Assembly (NCBI GenBank): GCA_013265495.1
Contig: MU058418.1
Location: 2,134,917 to 2,198,916, forward strand
DNA length: 64,000 nucleotides
From: Vicugna vicugna
Taxonomy: Eukaryota
Reading direction: 5' to 3'
Below the pieces are notes generated by a model that was given only the letters and a program-made list of their open reading frames with translations, made no database searches and was not told where the DNA came from. Position numbers and translations under genes: made by a program. Shown piece by piece: positions 62,250 to 64,000 of the stretch (positions are counted from its first letter, which is position 1; every line of letters starts with the position of its first letter).

Positions 62250-62850
62250 GTGTCATAACCCCCTTCTTTGAATGACAACTGCTGTCTTACTCACTAAGAC
62301 ATTTTGTTCTCTAAGATCACAGACTATCAGGAACTTTGCTCTTTAAAATTATGTCAGTAAGAGACAATACCCCCCTCTTGCCTGGATGATCTAAGTCATT
62401 TTGATGCCAAGAAGCAGTCTCCATTGACAGCTCCAACACAGAACTTGAAATAGGGGGTTTCTGGACACAGGAGTCCACAGCTGTGCTAACTTCACTGTTT
62501 TCAAAGGAACAAGACCCTGAGTCTGCTTCACAGTCCAGACTTGCTTATCTCTTTACATACTGTCTCGCTTTGGCTTGAGCCTCTTTGTGTAAATTTTACC
62601 TAAACTCTTCCCCCAATCCTGTAGTAATTCCCTGTGCTGTATTTATTCATGAACAAATATAGAAATGGCCTCAGCCTTTAAGGACTCTGAGGTCCAGCTT
62701 GGGGGGCATCTGAGATGCCCCACTGTTTCTCTGGTGCGTTGTCCCTTGTGGCAGGGAGTTAATAAACCTGTCTTTGCTGTAGCATGGATTTGTCCCAGGG
62801 GGTCTTAGGATAACTAGACTAAGGCGACAGAACCCAGCGCACAGGAAACA
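62250..62850 (+). mobile_element. Probable solo LTR
   Basis: LTR-like composition with gggagttaataaacctgtctttg near the 3' end and a terminal ...aaaca; boundaries approximate. Confidence 0.5.
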
Positions 62851-64000
62851 ATCCCAAGACTGCAATTAAGAGCCAAGCTGGGTAGTAGAATTTCAATGGT
62901 ATTGGAGATTACATAAGAGGTAGATTGGCTGGGAAGGACTTCCTAGAGAAGATGAAACTCAGGCTGGACCCTGGAGGAGGAACAAGATTTGGATGGATGT
63001 GGGAAAGGGAGGAGAGAGCCCCAGGAGGGACGACAGCAGAGGCCTGAAGGTGCCCATGGGCCCTGGAATGCTTGCAAGTGGTTGGGTGAGCCCATATCGC
63101 CTGGGGCTTGGGCAGCCAAGCAGAGGGCAGTTGTATTTCACACTCCCTTTTGACCGAGCTTCATTTCAAGTCTATTTTTCTTTTTTTTAAACACTTACAA
63201 AATTCTCTCTCTGCATCTTAAACCTACTGGACTGCATGCAGTATTGACTGACTGGTGTCTATAGATGTTAACAAAATTAATGTGGACTGAACTATGCTGT
63301 ATAGTTTCACATTCTTAGGTTCGTTTTTTTCTGATTAGCACTTTCTGTTTGGTGACTCTATTTGTTGAGACTTTGATTATATATATTCTGCCGTATTTGA
63401 AGTTTGCTTTCCTTGGGGTGATATAGCACTTCACGCACAATCCCTTTAGGTCCATTTTGTGTCTTAGTCTGCTGCTGGGAAAGGTCCAGAGTGGTGGGTG
63501 TGATGAGTTTCTTCTCAGTGGGACTGGCCCCTTCTCTGTACGTCAGTCTTGACAAATCCCTTGAGCTTTTGTGTTTAAATGGATAAGTGTGGGCGTGTGC
63601 TTGGATGTGTATGTCATCTGAGTTCATGTGTTTAAATTCTGTACATTCCATATGTGTTAAATTCTACTTTGTGTTGCTTATATTTTAAACCAAAGGGAAA
63701 AAACCTGGAAATAAAACATTAATACAGTAGGCTTAATTAGTTAAATACAGTAGGCTTAATTAGTTACTTAATAGGTTAAGATTACTCCCTTAAATGCAGA
63801 TACTTTATTCAACTTTTTAATGAAAATTTCCTAAAGTATAGGTAATATTGAATGCCTCATTAACCAGGGTTAATTATTCCTTCCTTGATGATTAAATATA
63901 ACAAAGTGAAGATCAGTTATTGGACTGTTTAATAATAGCTGCCCTTGGTGTTCTGGAGTTGTATTGGGCAGTTTCCTTTACATTAAACGGCCTCTCGATG

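Overview
Mammalian genomic DNA, most likely camelid (four copies of a tRNA-derived SINE resembling camelid Vic-1). The window holds two head-to-head genes sharing a CpG-island region at about 38.1-39.45 kb. AK9 (adenylate kinase 9) is on the minus strand, with 11 coding exons from ATG at 32957 to 183 (419 codons) and continuing off the left edge. FIG4 (PI(3,5)P2 5-phosphatase) is on the plus strand, with coding exons 1-3 from ATG at 39213 and continuing off the right edge. An AK9 intron carries a disabled processed pseudogene of LRPAP1 whose 5' two-thirds has kept a dense CpG island. The rest is intronic and rich in transposable elements: L1 (one near full length, nested in an older L1), L2, MaLR, solo LTRs, an ERV-L relic with an LTR16-like LTR, and hAT/Tigger elements. 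Most ORFs in the supplied track are spurious. Best leads: the CpG-retaining retrocopy, a separate RFX-box AK9 promoter, two locally templated insertions, a tandem CTCF site, and an unexplained ~2.4 kb island at 24.85-27.28 kb. Gene and repeat identities are recognised from memory, not from database searches.
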